Source: an uncultured Candidatus Saccharibacteria bacterium
Lineage (GTDB): Bacteria > Patescibacteriota > Minisyncoccia > UBA6257 > GWB1-50-10
Length of the DNA stretch: 64,000 bases
NCBI GenBank assembly: GCA_964489845.1
Contig: CAZAZV010000002.1
Location: 770 to 64,769 of the forward strand
Reading direction: 5' to 3'
Below the pieces are notes generated by a model. That model was not told the DNA's origin and made no database searches. It saw nothing but the letters and a program-made list of their open reading frames with translations. A program made the position numbers and the translations under genes. Shown in pieces: positions 46,282-56,240 of the stretch; the stretch's first letter is position 1; each line of letters starts with the position of its first letter.

Positions 46282-47917
46282 CTGTTTTGCCAATCTCGAT
46301 TTTTTCAAACAACGATTCAACCTTCCCTATAGTAGCCCGTTTCAGGGCATCGCGTAAATCGCCCGCCGCATCGTCTTTCCAGTCGGGGAACTCGACGCCG
46401 GTCATACGAGCGAGCTTCTCCACGGTGTCCGGGAGAAGCGGTGCGAGCGTGAGCTGCAGCGCGAGAACGATGAAAAGGGCGTTTCCGACGATCGCTTCCT
46501 TTTCGTCTCCCTCTTTTTTCCATGGCGACGCGCCGGTGAGGTACTTGTTTCCGAAATCGGAGAGCGCGAGGACGGCGTTCAGGTACTCCCGGAACGATAC
46601 GCGCTCGAGCGCATGCTCGGCTTCGTGAACCCGCCGCTCGACCTCGGCTGCAACCGCCGCATTGACGCTTCCGCCGAGCGTCATGCCCGCCGCGAGCGTG
46701 AGTGTCCGGTTCACGAAGTTCCCGAGATTGCCGATGAGCACGTTGTTGTGCTTCTCCGCGAAATCGCTCCAGCCGAAACTCGTGTCTGCATACTCCGGCA
46801 TAATGTACGTGAGATAGAAGCGCACGGCATCACGCCCGTGTTTCGCGACAAACTCGCGCGAATCAACGGTGACTCCCCTGCTTTTGGAAAACTGTTTGCC
46901 GCCGAGCGTGAGGAACTGGTTGATGGAGACGACATCGGGAAGATGCAGGCGCTCGTCGTACCCGTGGAGTTCCGCGGGCCAAAACATCGTGTGAAACGGT
47001 AGATTGTCCTTGCCCATAAAATAGTAGTGCGCCGCGAGGTCGCTGTACCACCACTCCTTCCAGTCGCCGTTCCCGCGCTCACTCCACTCGCGCGATGCGG
47101 TGTAGTATCCCATCACCGCTTCCCACCAGACGTAAAACCGCTTGTGCTCGATGTCGTCAATTCGCTCTGCGGGAGAAATGGCATCGACGGGAAATGGGAC
47201 GCCCCACTCGATGTTCCTGCTGAACGCCCGCGCTTCGAGCCCGCGCTCGAGCCATGCTTCCGTCTCGCACCGCACCCACTCTTTCCATTGCCCCGCGTGC
47301 TTCTGCACGTACGATTCAATAAACGGCTGCAGTTTCTTGAGGTCGAAGAAATAGTGTTCGCTCGCCTTGAGTTCAACTGGTTCCCCGCTCAGTGTACTCT
47401 TCGGTTCTTTGAGCTCGCCTTCCCCGATGACGCGTCCGCACGTATCGCACTGGTCGCTGCGCGCTCCTACTGCGCCGCAGTACGGACACACGCCTTCGAC
47501 ATATCGGTCGGGCAAAAATTTCTCCGCCTTCGGGTCGTAATATTGTTCCCGCGTATCTTTAAAGAGATATCCCTTCGCGAGAAAGCTCAGGAAAAATTCC
47601 TGCGCCAGCTTCTGATGGTTCTCGGTTGCCGTCTTCGTAAACAAATCGAAACTGATGCCCACCTCCTCGAACAGTTTGACGTGCCTCGGGTGGTACTCGT
47701 CGACGATATCCTGCGGTGAGACACCCCGTTTGTCCGCCTCGACGGTCGTCGGCGTACCGTAACAATCGGAACCGGATACCATAAGTACCCGGTTTCCCCG
47801 CAAGCGCGAGAAGCGCGCGAATATGTCGGCGGGCAAGAGGTAACCCGCGAGGTGCCCGACATGCAAGTCACCATTCACATACGGCCACGCGACGCCGATA
47901 AAAATGTGCCGCTTCAT
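46277..47917 (-). CDS. metG: Methionyl-tRNA synthetase (546 aa, no C-terminal tRNA-binding domain)
   Basis: HVGHLAGY (HIGH), CPYCGAVGARSDQCDTCG zinc knuckle, KFSKS-like FSKSRG; start trimmed to MKRHIFIG. Confidence 0.9.
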   Translation of the reverse strand: MKRHIFIGVAWPYVNGDLHVGHLAGYLLPADIFARFSRLRGNRVLMVSGSDCYGTPTTVEADKRGVSPQDIVDEYHPRHVKLFEEVGISFDLFTKTATENHQKLAQEFFLSFLAKGYLFKDTREQYYDPKAEKFLPDRYVEGVCPYCGAVGARSDQCDTCGRVIGEGELKEPKSTLSGEPVELKASEHYFFDLKKLQPFIESYVQKHAGQWKEWVRCETEAWLERGLEARAFSRNIEWGVPFPVDAISPAERIDDIEHKRFYVWWEAVMGYYTASREWSERGNGDWKEWWYSDLAAHYYFMGKDNLPFHTMFWPAELHGYDERLHLPDVVSINQFLTLGGKQFSKSRGVTVDSREFVAKHGRDAVRFYLTYIMPEYADTSFGWSDFAEKHNNVLIGNLGNFVNRTLTLAAGMTLGGSVNAAVAAEVERRVHEAEHALERVSFREYLNAVLALSDFGNKYLTGASPWKKEGDEKEAIVGNALFIVLALQLTLAPLLPDTVEKLARMTGVEFPDWKDDAAGDLRDALKRATIGKVESLFEKIEIGKTE

Positions 47918-48092
47918 CCCGATAGGTAACAAAAAGGTCCCGCTCTGAGATTTACCCGGACTGACGCCAGGTGGGTTTCCGCAGCGGCAGATCCCTGAAC
48001 GAATCAGCGAATCGGCGCGATAATAGGAATCCCTGAGGTAATTGTTTTTGATCCGAAATCTGAAAAGCGAGACCTCTCCCAGTATACCACCG

Positions 48093-48674
48093 CTACTCGT
48101 CAACACCAAACCGCTTGTAGTCGAAGGCGGGGATTTCCCCGAACCAGTGCGCCATCTCGTGTGCCGCCTCCTCCTTGGTTTCCGAGGCGTGGACGAGGTT
48201 CATGACCGCCCGTTTTTCGGCATTCGCCAAAACGGGCGAATCTATCGAGAAATCGCCCCGTATAGTGCCCATATCGGCGGTCGAGGGTATCGTCGGACCG
48301 GCGATTTTACGCACCACATCCACGGCATGCAGGCCCTGGACTACCATTTTCACGAGGGGAGCTGAAACCATGTAGTCAACGAGCCACTTCCGCACCTGTG
48401 TCCCGATTTCGAGAGGGTCGGCCGTGCCGAGTTCTTTGAGGGGGTCGACGCCCTGCTGCTTGTATGTGCCGAGCGTTTTCTCGCCGAGGCGTTTCACCCA
48501 CGCCTCATCCTTCGGATAGTGGGCGTCAATTGCTTCGCGTGTCGGCCGGAACATCTCCAGGGCGACGATCTTCAAATCGCGCTGCTCGAAGCGGCGGATG
48601 ATTTCGCCGATGAGCCCCTTCCGCACCCCGTCGGGCTTCACCAGCACGAATGTTTTTTCTTCTTTTGGACTCAT
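48093..48674 (-). CDS. ndk: Nucleoside diphosphate kinase (long form)
   Basis: KTFVLVKPDGVRKGLIGEIIRRFE...NLVHASE. Confidence 0.8.
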   Translation of the reverse strand: MSPKEEKTFVLVKPDGVRKGLIGEIIRRFEQRDLKIVALEMFRPTREAIDAHYPKDEAWVKRLGEKTLGTYKQQGVDPLKELGTADPLEIGTQVRKWLVDYMVSAPLVKMVVQGLHAVDVVRKIAGPTIPSTADMGTIRGDFSIDSPVLANAEKRAVMNLVHASETKEEAAHEMAHWFGEIPAFDYKRFGVDE

Positions 48675-48678
48675 GGTT

Positions 48679-50079
48679 CTATGGCGTATCGATTTTTAAA
48701 TGCAATGCCTTGAGTTGTCCTTCGTCGACCGGACTCGGCGCGTGCATGAGGAGGTCTCTCCCGTCCCCCGTCTTCGGGAAGGCGATGACTTCGCGGATGC
48801 TCGGTTCATTTTGCAAAATCATGATGGCGCGGTCAATCCCGTACGCAACGCCCCCGTGCGGCGGCACGCCGTAGCGGAACGCTTCGAGTAAGTGTCCGAA
48901 CTGCTCCTGTATTTCCTCCGGTCGGTGCCCCAGGAGCTCGAACACGGCACGCAAGAGACTCTGCTCGTGAATACGTATCGAGCCGCCCCCGATTTCGTAA
49001 CCATTCAGCACCACATCGTATTGCCGGGCGACGATCGCCTCCGGATTTTTCGCGAACCGCTCCCGCAGCTCATCGGCATCCTTCACTTTCGGCATCGTGA
49101 AGGGATGATGCACCGCCTGCCAGCGCCGATGCTCTTCACTCCACTCGAACGCGGGAAAATCGACGACGAAGAGGAAGGCGAGTTCGTTTGGGTCGTTTCG
49201 GTCGCTCCGCACATCCGGCTTGTCACTCTGGTATCGCTCCATCGCCTCCGCATACGTCATCCGGGGAATACGCCCATCCGGCCCGAGTGTCAGCTTTTTT
49301 TCCGGATACAAATCGCGCACGAGGGAAAGGAACACTGCTTCGGTGAGTGACATGATTTCTTCCTCGTCCGTGAAGCTCAATTCGACATCAACCTGCGTGA
49401 ATTCCGGCTGGCGGTCTCCCCTGGTGTCCTCGTCGCGGAAACACCGCACGATTTGGAAATACCGCTCGAGGCCGGCAACCATCAGGAGCTGCTTGTACTG
49501 CTGCGGCGATTGCGGAAGGGCGTAAAACATGCCGGGATGCACGCGCGACGGAACGAGGTAATCTCTCGCTCCCTCCGGTGTTGATTTACCCAAATCCGGC
49601 GTTTCCACCTCGACGAATCCCCGCGCCTCGAAAAACCTCCGCAGATGCGAGATAACACAGGCTCGTTGGCGGATGTTCCGCGCCATCCGCTCCCGGCGCA
49701 AGTCGAGGTACCGGTACTGCATCCGCTTGTCCTCGCCGATATCCCGTCCGTCCCCCTCCACCGATATGGGCGGCGTGTCCGCTTCCGCGAGCACGTCGAT
49801 GCGCAATACCTTCACCTCGTAGCCGCCGTTCGGAAGCTCCGGATTCTCCATCCCCTTCGGGCGCTTCCCGACCGTACCGTGCGCGCGGATGACCCATTCG
49901 GAGCGAAGTTTGTTCCCGTCCTCATATGCATCGCCAGCAAAAACGATTTGCGCGACACCGCTCCGGTCGCGCAGGTCGATAAAGATGAGTTTCCCGTGGT
50001 CGCGCCGCGCGGCAACCCATCCGGCAAGCTCCATCTCTTTCCCTTCATATCCCCCGATATCGCGCGCTAAAATACGCAT
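48679..50079 (-). CDS. aspS: Aspartyl-tRNA synthetase (466 aa)
   Basis: OB anticodon-binding domain RDHGKLIFIDLRDRSG; class II motifs FRDEDTRGDRQPEFTQVD, GGSIRIH; start trimmed to MRILARD. Confidence 0.88.
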   Translation of the reverse strand: MRILARDIGGYEGKEMELAGWVAARRDHGKLIFIDLRDRSGVAQIVFAGDAYEDGNKLRSEWVIRAHGTVGKRPKGMENPELPNGGYEVKVLRIDVLAEADTPPISVEGDGRDIGEDKRMQYRYLDLRRERMARNIRQRACVISHLRRFFEARGFVEVETPDLGKSTPEGARDYLVPSRVHPGMFYALPQSPQQYKQLLMVAGLERYFQIVRCFRDEDTRGDRQPEFTQVDVELSFTDEEEIMSLTEAVFLSLVRDLYPEKKLTLGPDGRIPRMTYAEAMERYQSDKPDVRSDRNDPNELAFLFVVDFPAFEWSEEHRRWQAVHHPFTMPKVKDADELRERFAKNPEAIVARQYDVVLNGYEIGGGSIRIHEQSLLRAVFELLGHRPEEIQEQFGHLLEAFRYGVPPHGGVAYGIDRAIMILQNEPSIREVIAFPKTGDGRDLLMHAPSPVDEGQLKALHLKIDTP

Positions 50080-50170
50080 GGATTTAAGTGTAAAACGAAA
50101 AGCGAAAAATGCAAAACGAGTGGAGAGGACGAACGCTCGGTGCCCAAGAGAGTAAGAAAACCGGAGCGCC

Positions 50171-50911
50171 CTACGGTGTCCCCGTCGCCTCAAACGGTTC
50201 GGGGAACACCATGAACTGCGGCGGGATATACAAATCGTCCCGGTCGATCGGCCGGATACCGAACGCGCGAAGCGTTCCGCTCGAATCTTCCACGAAGCCC
50301 CCGACGACCACCGTATCCCCGACCGAAATGTTCGGCAAAGGGGACGGCAGCATCCGCTTGTCCGTTATGAAAAGCATGCGCCCGAACATATCCCGGACGA
50401 TGATATGGTTGTCGGACAAATCCATGACCTGTCCGACGATCGCCGGCCCTCTGCTCCGATGGAATTCCATGCCGGGAACGCCGGCGAATCCCCGCACCGG
50501 CGCATTGAACTGCCGCACATCGAGCAGGACACCGACGACAATGAGCACGCACACGACGAGCCCCGCGGAGTACAAAAGCGGCCGCTTATACACGACACCG
50601 TAGTGCCGCAGGAGCGCTTCGAGCGCGATAATGAGCACTGCAACGACCGCGACGGTAAGCCACGGGAAACTTCCAATGAACATGCGCCACCCCCACGCGC
50701 CGAAGCCGGGGAGGAACCAGATGCCGTTGCGGTGCAGCGACAGGCGTATCCAGCCGATAACAAAAATGACCGCGGCGGCGACGAGCATGACAATGAGCGC
50801 GTAGAGCGCCGCGCGGAGCGCGAAGTACCACCTGCCGCGCGGCTTCAGATGCCCTGAACGGATACGCTCCATGACGCGACTGAATGCGTTTTTGTTATTG
50901 GTGTTCGGCAT
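50171..50911 (-). CDS. Hypothetical multi-pass membrane protein co-transcribed with the ECF sigma factor (possible anti-sigma / regulator)
   Basis: Overlaps the sigma gene stop by 17 nt; 4 TM; C-terminal soluble domain. Confidence 0.45.
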   Translation of the reverse strand: MPNTNNKNAFSRVMERIRSGHLKPRGRWYFALRAALYALIVMLVAAAVIFVIGWIRLSLHRNGIWFLPGFGAWGWRMFIGSFPWLTVAVVAVLIIALEALLRHYGVVYKRPLLYSAGLVVCVLIVVGVLLDVRQFNAPVRGFAGVPGMEFHRSRGPAIVGQVMDLSDNHIIVRDMFGRMLFITDKRMLPSPLPNISVGDTVVVGGFVEDSSGTLRAFGIRPIDRDDLYIPPQFMVFPEPFEATGTP

Positions 50912-51494
50912 GTGCTTCGTGGAGAGCGCGTTTCAGCAAATCCTTCGCGCGCTTCAACCTGATGGCGACTGTCCCTTTCGGTATTCGCATGATATCGGAG
51001 ATGGCATCGTATGAAAACTCTTCGAAATAGTACAGGACAAGCGGCTCGCGATATTTCGGCGGCAAGGCGTCAACGGACGCCTTCAAGAATGCTCTTGTTT
51101 CCTTGCCGCTCAAGTCCGCTTCAAGATTCTCGTCAGCGGCAAGGTGTGGGAACACCACATCAAGGTCGAAAAAAGTAAGCGGTTCCCGTTTCGTCCGCCG
51201 TATGAAATTGACCGCCTCATTGTGCGCGATGCGGTACAGCCATGGGGAAAATCTGCGTGCCGTGTTGAAACTCCGGATATTCAGATACGCTTTCACGAAT
51301 GCCTCCTGCACGATGTCGTCGCTGTCCAAATCTCCCGCGAAGCGCTTCGCATATCTCGTGAGCCGCTCCTGATACCGTCTCGTGAGCTCTTCGAACGCCT
51401 CCACGTCCCCGCGCTGCACGCGCGCGGCGAACTCCTCGTCGGAAACCCCATCATTATTCATACGCGCCTCGTCCGCACATTCTTTCACAGCCAT
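50895..51494 (-). CDS. ECF (sigma-24 family) RNA polymerase sigma factor
   Basis: Region 2 DIVQEAFVKAYLNIRSF...SPWLYRIAHNEAVNFIRR; region 4 EFSYDAISDIMRIPKGTVAIRLKRAK; start trimmed to MAVKECA. Confidence 0.8.
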   Translation of the reverse strand: MAVKECADEARMNNDGVSDEEFAARVQRGDVEAFEELTRRYQERLTRYAKRFAGDLDSDDIVQEAFVKAYLNIRSFNTARRFSPWLYRIAHNEAVNFIRRTKREPLTFFDLDVVFPHLAADENLEADLSGKETRAFLKASVDALPPKYREPLVLYYFEEFSYDAISDIMRIPKGTVAIRLKRAKDLLKRALHEAHAEHQ

Positions 51495-51503
51495 TCCTTT
51501 ACT

Positions 51504-51524
51504 TATACTATCTTTGACAGTATA
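51504..51524. promoter_or_regulatory. Near-perfect 9-3-9 palindrome TATACTATC-TTT-GACAGTATA in the 39-bp divergent sigma/mnmA intergenic region; candidate operator
   Basis: Seen directly in the sequence; overlaps a TTGACA hexamer. Confidence 0.35.
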
Positions 51525-51533
51525 AAGAAAGCG

Positions 51534-52589
51534 ATGCGGAATATCGCGAAGGGAAAGAGGGTGTTTGTGGGTCTCTCCGGCGGTGTCGATTCGTCGGTTG
51601 CGGCGCTCATACTCAAGGAACGCGGGTACGACGTGCTCGGCGTGTACCTGAAGTGCTTCAACATAGATGGCTGCGCGGTCCGCGATGCCGAAGATGCGCG
51701 CCTCGTCGCGGAGAAACTGGAAATACCGTTTTACGTCTTCGACTTGGAGGAGGAATACAAGCGGCGCGTCGTCAATTACATGGTGCGCGCGTACGAGCGC
51801 GGCGTAACGCCGAATCCGGATGTGATGTGCAACCGGGAAATCAAATTCGGCCTCTTCCTCGAAAAGGCGCTCTCGAGGGGGGCCGAGTATGTCGCGACGG
51901 GACACTATGTGCGATTGCGACGTGGTAAACTCTGCACGGCGCGCGATGCGAAGAAAGACCAATCGTATTTTCTCTGGACGCTCACGAAGAAAGAGCTCGC
52001 GCATTGTCTCTTCCCTATCGGCAACTACGTGAAACCGCGCGTGCGGAAGCTTGCCGAACGGGCGGGGCTCCCGACCGCGCACAAGAAGGACTCGCAGGGC
52101 ATCTGCTTCCTCGGCGACGTGAAGATACGAGATTTCCTGAAAGCGTATTTGCCGGTGAAAACCGGGAACGTGGTCACGCCCGATGGTGCCGTCATCGGCA
52201 CGCACGAAGGTGCGCATTTCTACACTATCGGTCAGCGGCGCGGCCTGCACGTTGCAACGGGTGAGCGGCTCTTCGTCGCCGCGAAAAATCTCGAGACGAA
52301 TACGCTCGTTGCCGTCCCGGCGGGAGATGAGCTATTGTACGGGAAAGACGTCACACTCACCGAGGTAAACTTCATAACCGGCACTCCCGCGCTCCCCCGC
52401 CGCGTCCTCGCCCGCATCCGTTATCAGCAACCGCTGCAGAAAGCAACGCTCTGCAAACTGCGCACAAACGACTATAAACTGGTCTTCGACAAGCCGCAGA
52501 AATTCGTCACGCCGGGACAATCGGCGGTTTGCTACAGCCGACAAGGATTCGGAACGCATGAGATGCTCGGCGGCGGCGTCATCGGCTGA
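51534..52589 (+). CDS. mnmA: tRNA-specific 2-thiouridylase MnmA
   Basis: VFVGLSGGVDSSVAA PP-loop; C-terminal CxxC region. Confidence 0.9.
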   Translation: MRNIAKGKRVFVGLSGGVDSSVAALILKERGYDVLGVYLKCFNIDGCAVRDAEDARLVAEKLEIPFYVFDLEEEYKRRVVNYMVRAYERGVTPNPDVMCNREIKFGLFLEKALSRGAEYVATGHYVRLRRGKLCTARDAKKDQSYFLWTLTKKELAHCLFPIGNYVKPRVRKLAERAGLPTAHKKDSQGICFLGDVKIRDFLKAYLPVKTGNVVTPDGAVIGTHEGAHFYTIGQRRGLHVATGERLFVAAKNLETNTLVAVPAGDELLYGKDVTLTEVNFITGTPALPRRVLARIRYQQPLQKATLCKLRTNDYKLVFDKPQKFVTPGQSAVCYSRQGFGTHEMLGGGVIG

Positions 52590-52621
52590 CGTATTGCAAA
52601 ATACGCGCGATTTCGGGTAAG

Positions 52622-53197
52622 ATGGGGAACATGCTTGAATACAACGAATTGAGGCCGGGCAAAACTTTCATATTGGACGGCGAACCGTATGTCGTACTCG
52701 ATTACAACTTCGTCAAGAAGCAGCAACGGCGGCCGACCGCCCAACTGACGTTAAAAAATCTTTTGAGCGGCAAAGTGCGGGAGTACGGCGCGCACCAGGG
52801 AAGCACATTCGAAGAAGCGGACATTGTGGGGAAAAACTCCCGCTTCATCTATTACAAGGAAAAGACCGGCGAATACTGGTTTTGCAGCGCGGACAACCCG
52901 AGCGACCGCTTTGCGTTGAAAGCGGAGGTTGTTGGCGACGCCCGGAACTATCTCAAGGAAAATCTGGAAGTGACTATCCTGTCCTTCAACGACCTGCCGA
53001 TATCGCTCCGCCTGCCGGCGAAAGTTGACCTCAAGGTGACCGATGCGCCGCCGAGCGTCAAAGGAGGTACGGTAAGCGGCGGCACGAAATCCGTCACAAC
53101 GGAAACGGGCTTGAAAGTGACGACACCGCTTTTCGTCAATGCGGGAGACGTCATTCGCGTGAACACCGCGAACAGTGAGTACACCGAGCGCGTTTAA
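52622..53197 (+). CDS. efp: Elongation factor P
   Basis: RPGKTFILDGEPYVVLDYNFVKKQQRRPTAQLTLKNLLSGK; 3 OB-like domains. Confidence 0.9.
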   Translation: MGNMLEYNELRPGKTFILDGEPYVVLDYNFVKKQQRRPTAQLTLKNLLSGKVREYGAHQGSTFEEADIVGKNSRFIYYKEKTGEYWFCSADNPSDRFALKAEVVGDARNYLKENLEVTILSFNDLPISLRLPAKVDLKVTDAPPSVKGGTVSGGTKSVTTETGLKVTTPLFVNAGDVIRVNTANSEYTERV

Positions 53198-54696
53198 TCT
53201 TTCTTCGCTTCTCCGTTTCCTCCAAGCGCCCGTTCGAGGATATCTTTCAATTCCTCAACATTAACGTCTCCGCGCGGCGGCTTCTCTCCGGCATGCGGAT
53301 GCAATGGCGCGGGACGCCCTTCGTCTTCCCGGTGAAGGACGGTTTTAAGTCGTTGCTCTCCCCGCTCGCTCACCCGCTCCACTGCCAGCCGCTCGTCCTG
53401 CCACTCCGCGCGCAATTTTTCTTCGACGTAACTCCGCGGCGAGCCGTAGCGCCGCTGCGAGTACTCGACGATGGTTTCCTTCTGCGAGTGTTCGGGAGGC
53501 GTGGGGGGCGGGAACGTCCGCGCCGAGAAGGGCTGCGAGGTGATGCCGTCTATCATCATCTTGATGATGACGTGGTGCTTCGCGAGATTCACGAGGTCCT
53601 GCGCGGTGTACTGCGGCCCGAATTCGGGCTCGAGAAATTCGGCATCCGCCGCGCCGATGCGGAAACAAACGAGTGTGCCGACGTTCCCAAAAATCGCGTC
53701 GCGCACGCGCGTGTTGCCGTTGTCATGCACAAGCTGGTTGATGTACTGGTGCGCCAAAACGAGATTCAGGCGGTACTTCCGCGCCTCGGAGAGGATGTTC
53801 GCGAACGAATCGGTCGCGAAGTTTTGGAACTCGTCGACGTAGAGCACGAAGTCCCGCAGTTCATGGAGCGGCATATCGCCGCGCGACATCGCCGCAAGTT
53901 GCAGTTTGGTAACAATGAGGGAACCAAGGAGCGCTGTGTTGTCCTCCCCAACCTGTCCCTTCGACAGATTGACGATAAGAATTTTCCCGCTGTCCATCAC
54001 CTCGCGCATGTCGATGGCAGAGCGGGGTTGTCCCAAAATATTCCGGAGCAACGGGTTCGTCACGAATTGCCCGACTTTGTTCTGTATCGCGGCAACCGCC
54101 TCAATCTGCAACCGCTGCGTGTATTGGGCGAATTCCTCTTTCCAGAAGTGCTTCACAACCGGGTCTTCGATGTGATTCACGATTTCGTCGCGGTACCGCC
54201 TATCGGAAAACATCCGCAGAATGCCGAGCACGGTCGACGATGGATTCTCGAGGAGCGCGAGGACAGTATTGCTCAAAATATATTCCATACGCGCGCTCCA
54301 CACGTCAGGCCAAATTTTCTTGAACACTCCCATCATACCCGATGCCAAGAGGTGCCGCCGCTCCACCGAAACCTCTTCGAAGGGGTTAAAGCCGATGGGG
54401 TGCTCGAGGTCGCCCGCGTCGAAATAGATAACGTCTTCCACCCGCTCCTCCGGCACGTAGTGCAAGATGTGCTCCGCGAGCTCCCCATGCGGGTCGACGA
54501 CGCCGATGCCCTTACCGCTCTGGATGTCGGACACGATCATATTCTCGAGGAGCGTCGATTTCCCCACGCCTGTTTTCCCGATGACGTAAACGTGCCGCCG
54601 CCGGTCGTCCGCCTTGATACCGAAGCGCCGTTCTTCTCCGCGATAGTCCGTAATGCCGATAGGGGTGATGAGAGGGGTAACGTTCGAGTAATCCAT
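53194..54696 (-). CDS. P-loop ATPase of the TraG/TraD/VirD4 (type IV secretion coupling protein-like, AAA_10) family
   Basis: Walker A VIGKTGVGKST; Walker B VLYVDEFQNF; about 500 aa soluble ATPase. Confidence 0.55.
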   Translation of the reverse strand: MDYSNVTPLITPIGITDYRGEERRFGIKADDRRRHVYVIGKTGVGKSTLLENMIVSDIQSGKGIGVVDPHGELAEHILHYVPEERVEDVIYFDAGDLEHPIGFNPFEEVSVERRHLLASGMMGVFKKIWPDVWSARMEYILSNTVLALLENPSSTVLGILRMFSDRRYRDEIVNHIEDPVVKHFWKEEFAQYTQRLQIEAVAAIQNKVGQFVTNPLLRNILGQPRSAIDMREVMDSGKILIVNLSKGQVGEDNTALLGSLIVTKLQLAAMSRGDMPLHELRDFVLYVDEFQNFATDSFANILSEARKYRLNLVLAHQYINQLVHDNGNTRVRDAIFGNVGTLVCFRIGAADAEFLEPEFGPQYTAQDLVNLAKHHVIIKMMIDGITSQPFSARTFPPPTPPEHSQKETIVEYSQRRYGSPRSYVEEKLRAEWQDERLAVERVSERGEQRLKTVLHREDEGRPAPLHPHAGEKPPRGDVNVEELKDILERALGGNGEAKKD

Positions 54697-54697
54697 G

Positions 54698-55999
54698 TTA
54701 GAAAGAGGGTAAATCGGCCGGCGGGCTGCTCTTGCGCGCCTCGATGCGCTGCAGCATCGGCGACTTGACGCCGGTAATCGGGAAGTGGAAGAGCGTCGCG
54801 AGTTCCTCCGCGTTGTAGATGTTGAATTTCCGCACGAAATCGCGGGCGCGGTAATGCGCGTAGAGTTTCCGCCGCTTCCGGTCCGTTTTGAGGTTCTTGA
54901 ATGGCTGCTTTGCGGTCGTCATGGTTTCCTTGTTCACGCCGAGCGCGTTGAGGTTCAAGGTACTGAACTGCCTGAACACACCCATGAGCGCGGTACTGTT
55001 CGAACCGGTAAACGCATCCTTCCGGTCAATATAGACGAAGCGGATGCCTCCTTCAAATCCTATCTTCGACATCTTGTGTTCCACCGCCTCGATGATGCGC
55101 TTGTTTCCCTCAGTGAGTCCTCCTTTTTCTTCTTTTTTCTCCTCTTTGCCTCCTCCCCATTCGGGCACCACGAACGGCGCCTTGAGAAGATTCTGGCCGA
55201 ACTCGCCGACGTTTTGCCCCTGTTTCCCCGCCCACTCGGAGAACTTCATTTTCTTCTCCGGTTTTTTCTTGCCGAGCACGATATCGATGACTTCCTGCGC
55301 TTTCTTCGTCCATTCGGTCCCCGTCGGCCGTATGAGAATTTGAATCCACGCGGCTTCCGAACGCTCGAGGCGGGACATAACCTCGGTAATGGCGCCGATG
55401 GGGTCGACGCGGCGCTCTTCCTCGCGCTCCTCGAACTCCGGGTATGTCCGCAGGGGGTATCCGTCCTCGCGCACGAGCGCAAGCTCGCTCCCGAAAAGTG
55501 TATATTCCTCGTTCGGCAAGTCAGCCGGGAATGAGCGGACATAGTCGTCCTCGTCCGGGACGAGCGATATTTCCACGTCGGGATAGTGCGCGTACACGAC
55601 CGATTCAATCATGTCGCGGTATCCTTCCGGTATCCGTATGTAAAAATGCACCGCGCCAGCGCGCCCCGCGACCTCGAAGCTCGCCCACTGTTCCACGACT
55701 CCCTTGAACCACTTCTTGTAAAATGAGACGCCGAACGAATACATCCCGTGCACCGTGGCGAAAACTTGCTCCATCGCCTTCGCGGTCTGGGGAACCTCGC
55801 GCGGCGCTGTGAGCTCCAAGAGCACCCATTTGATATCGTTCTTGAACCGCTCTTCTTTATAAAACAACCATGCTCTCGAGAACGCGAAAAAGAGAGCGAG
55901 AGGGATGACCACCCACCATATCAAAACAAAAACGCCCCAAAACGCATGGAAGCCAACCGTTAAGGCATCACGAACTGCTGTAAGAGCGGTCAATAACAT
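54698..55999 (-). CDS. Hypothetical membrane protein (N-terminal 2 TM plus large soluble domain) co-transcribed with the ATPase
   Basis: 1-nt intergenic gap before the ATPase gene; TM helices in the first 50 aa. Confidence 0.45.
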   Translation of the reverse strand: MLLTALTAVRDALTVGFHAFWGVFVLIWWVVIPLALFFAFSRAWLFYKEERFKNDIKWVLLELTAPREVPQTAKAMEQVFATVHGMYSFGVSFYKKWFKGVVEQWASFEVAGRAGAVHFYIRIPEGYRDMIESVVYAHYPDVEISLVPDEDDYVRSFPADLPNEEYTLFGSELALVREDGYPLRTYPEFEEREEERRVDPIGAITEVMSRLERSEAAWIQILIRPTGTEWTKKAQEVIDIVLGKKKPEKKMKFSEWAGKQGQNVGEFGQNLLKAPFVVPEWGGGKEEKKEEKGGLTEGNKRIIEAVEHKMSKIGFEGGIRFVYIDRKDAFTGSNSTALMGVFRQFSTLNLNALGVNKETMTTAKQPFKNLKTDRKRRKLYAHYRARDFVRKFNIYNAEELATLFHFPITGVKSPMLQRIEARKSSPPADLPSF

Positions 56000-56025
56000 T
56001 AGTAAAATTATAACACGTACGCAGA

Positions 56026-56240
56026 CCGCTATCCCCTGAAAAAGGACCCGCGCAGGGCGAGCTGGCAGAACTTGCCCGAACGAAGTGAGGTTACAAGTTC
56101 GCCATCCCGAGGAGCTCTGCCAGCAGGCGGAGCGAGGAGGGGCTACCTTCAGCGAGAGAGCGAGCCCGAGCGTGAACGCGTCCCGCTCGCGGGGCGGGAC
56201 GACGTGTTTCGCTTCAGGGGCGTAGCGGTCGGAGTAGGTC
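56026..56240. repeat. Family-2 structured repeat / candidate ncRNA (copy 2, about 215 nt)
   Basis: ccgctatcccctgaaaaaggacccgcg...gagcccgagcgtgaacgcgtcccgctcgcggggcgggacgacgtgtttcgcttcaggggcgtagcgg; homologous to 39541-39715 with a 40-nt insertion. Confidence 0.5.
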
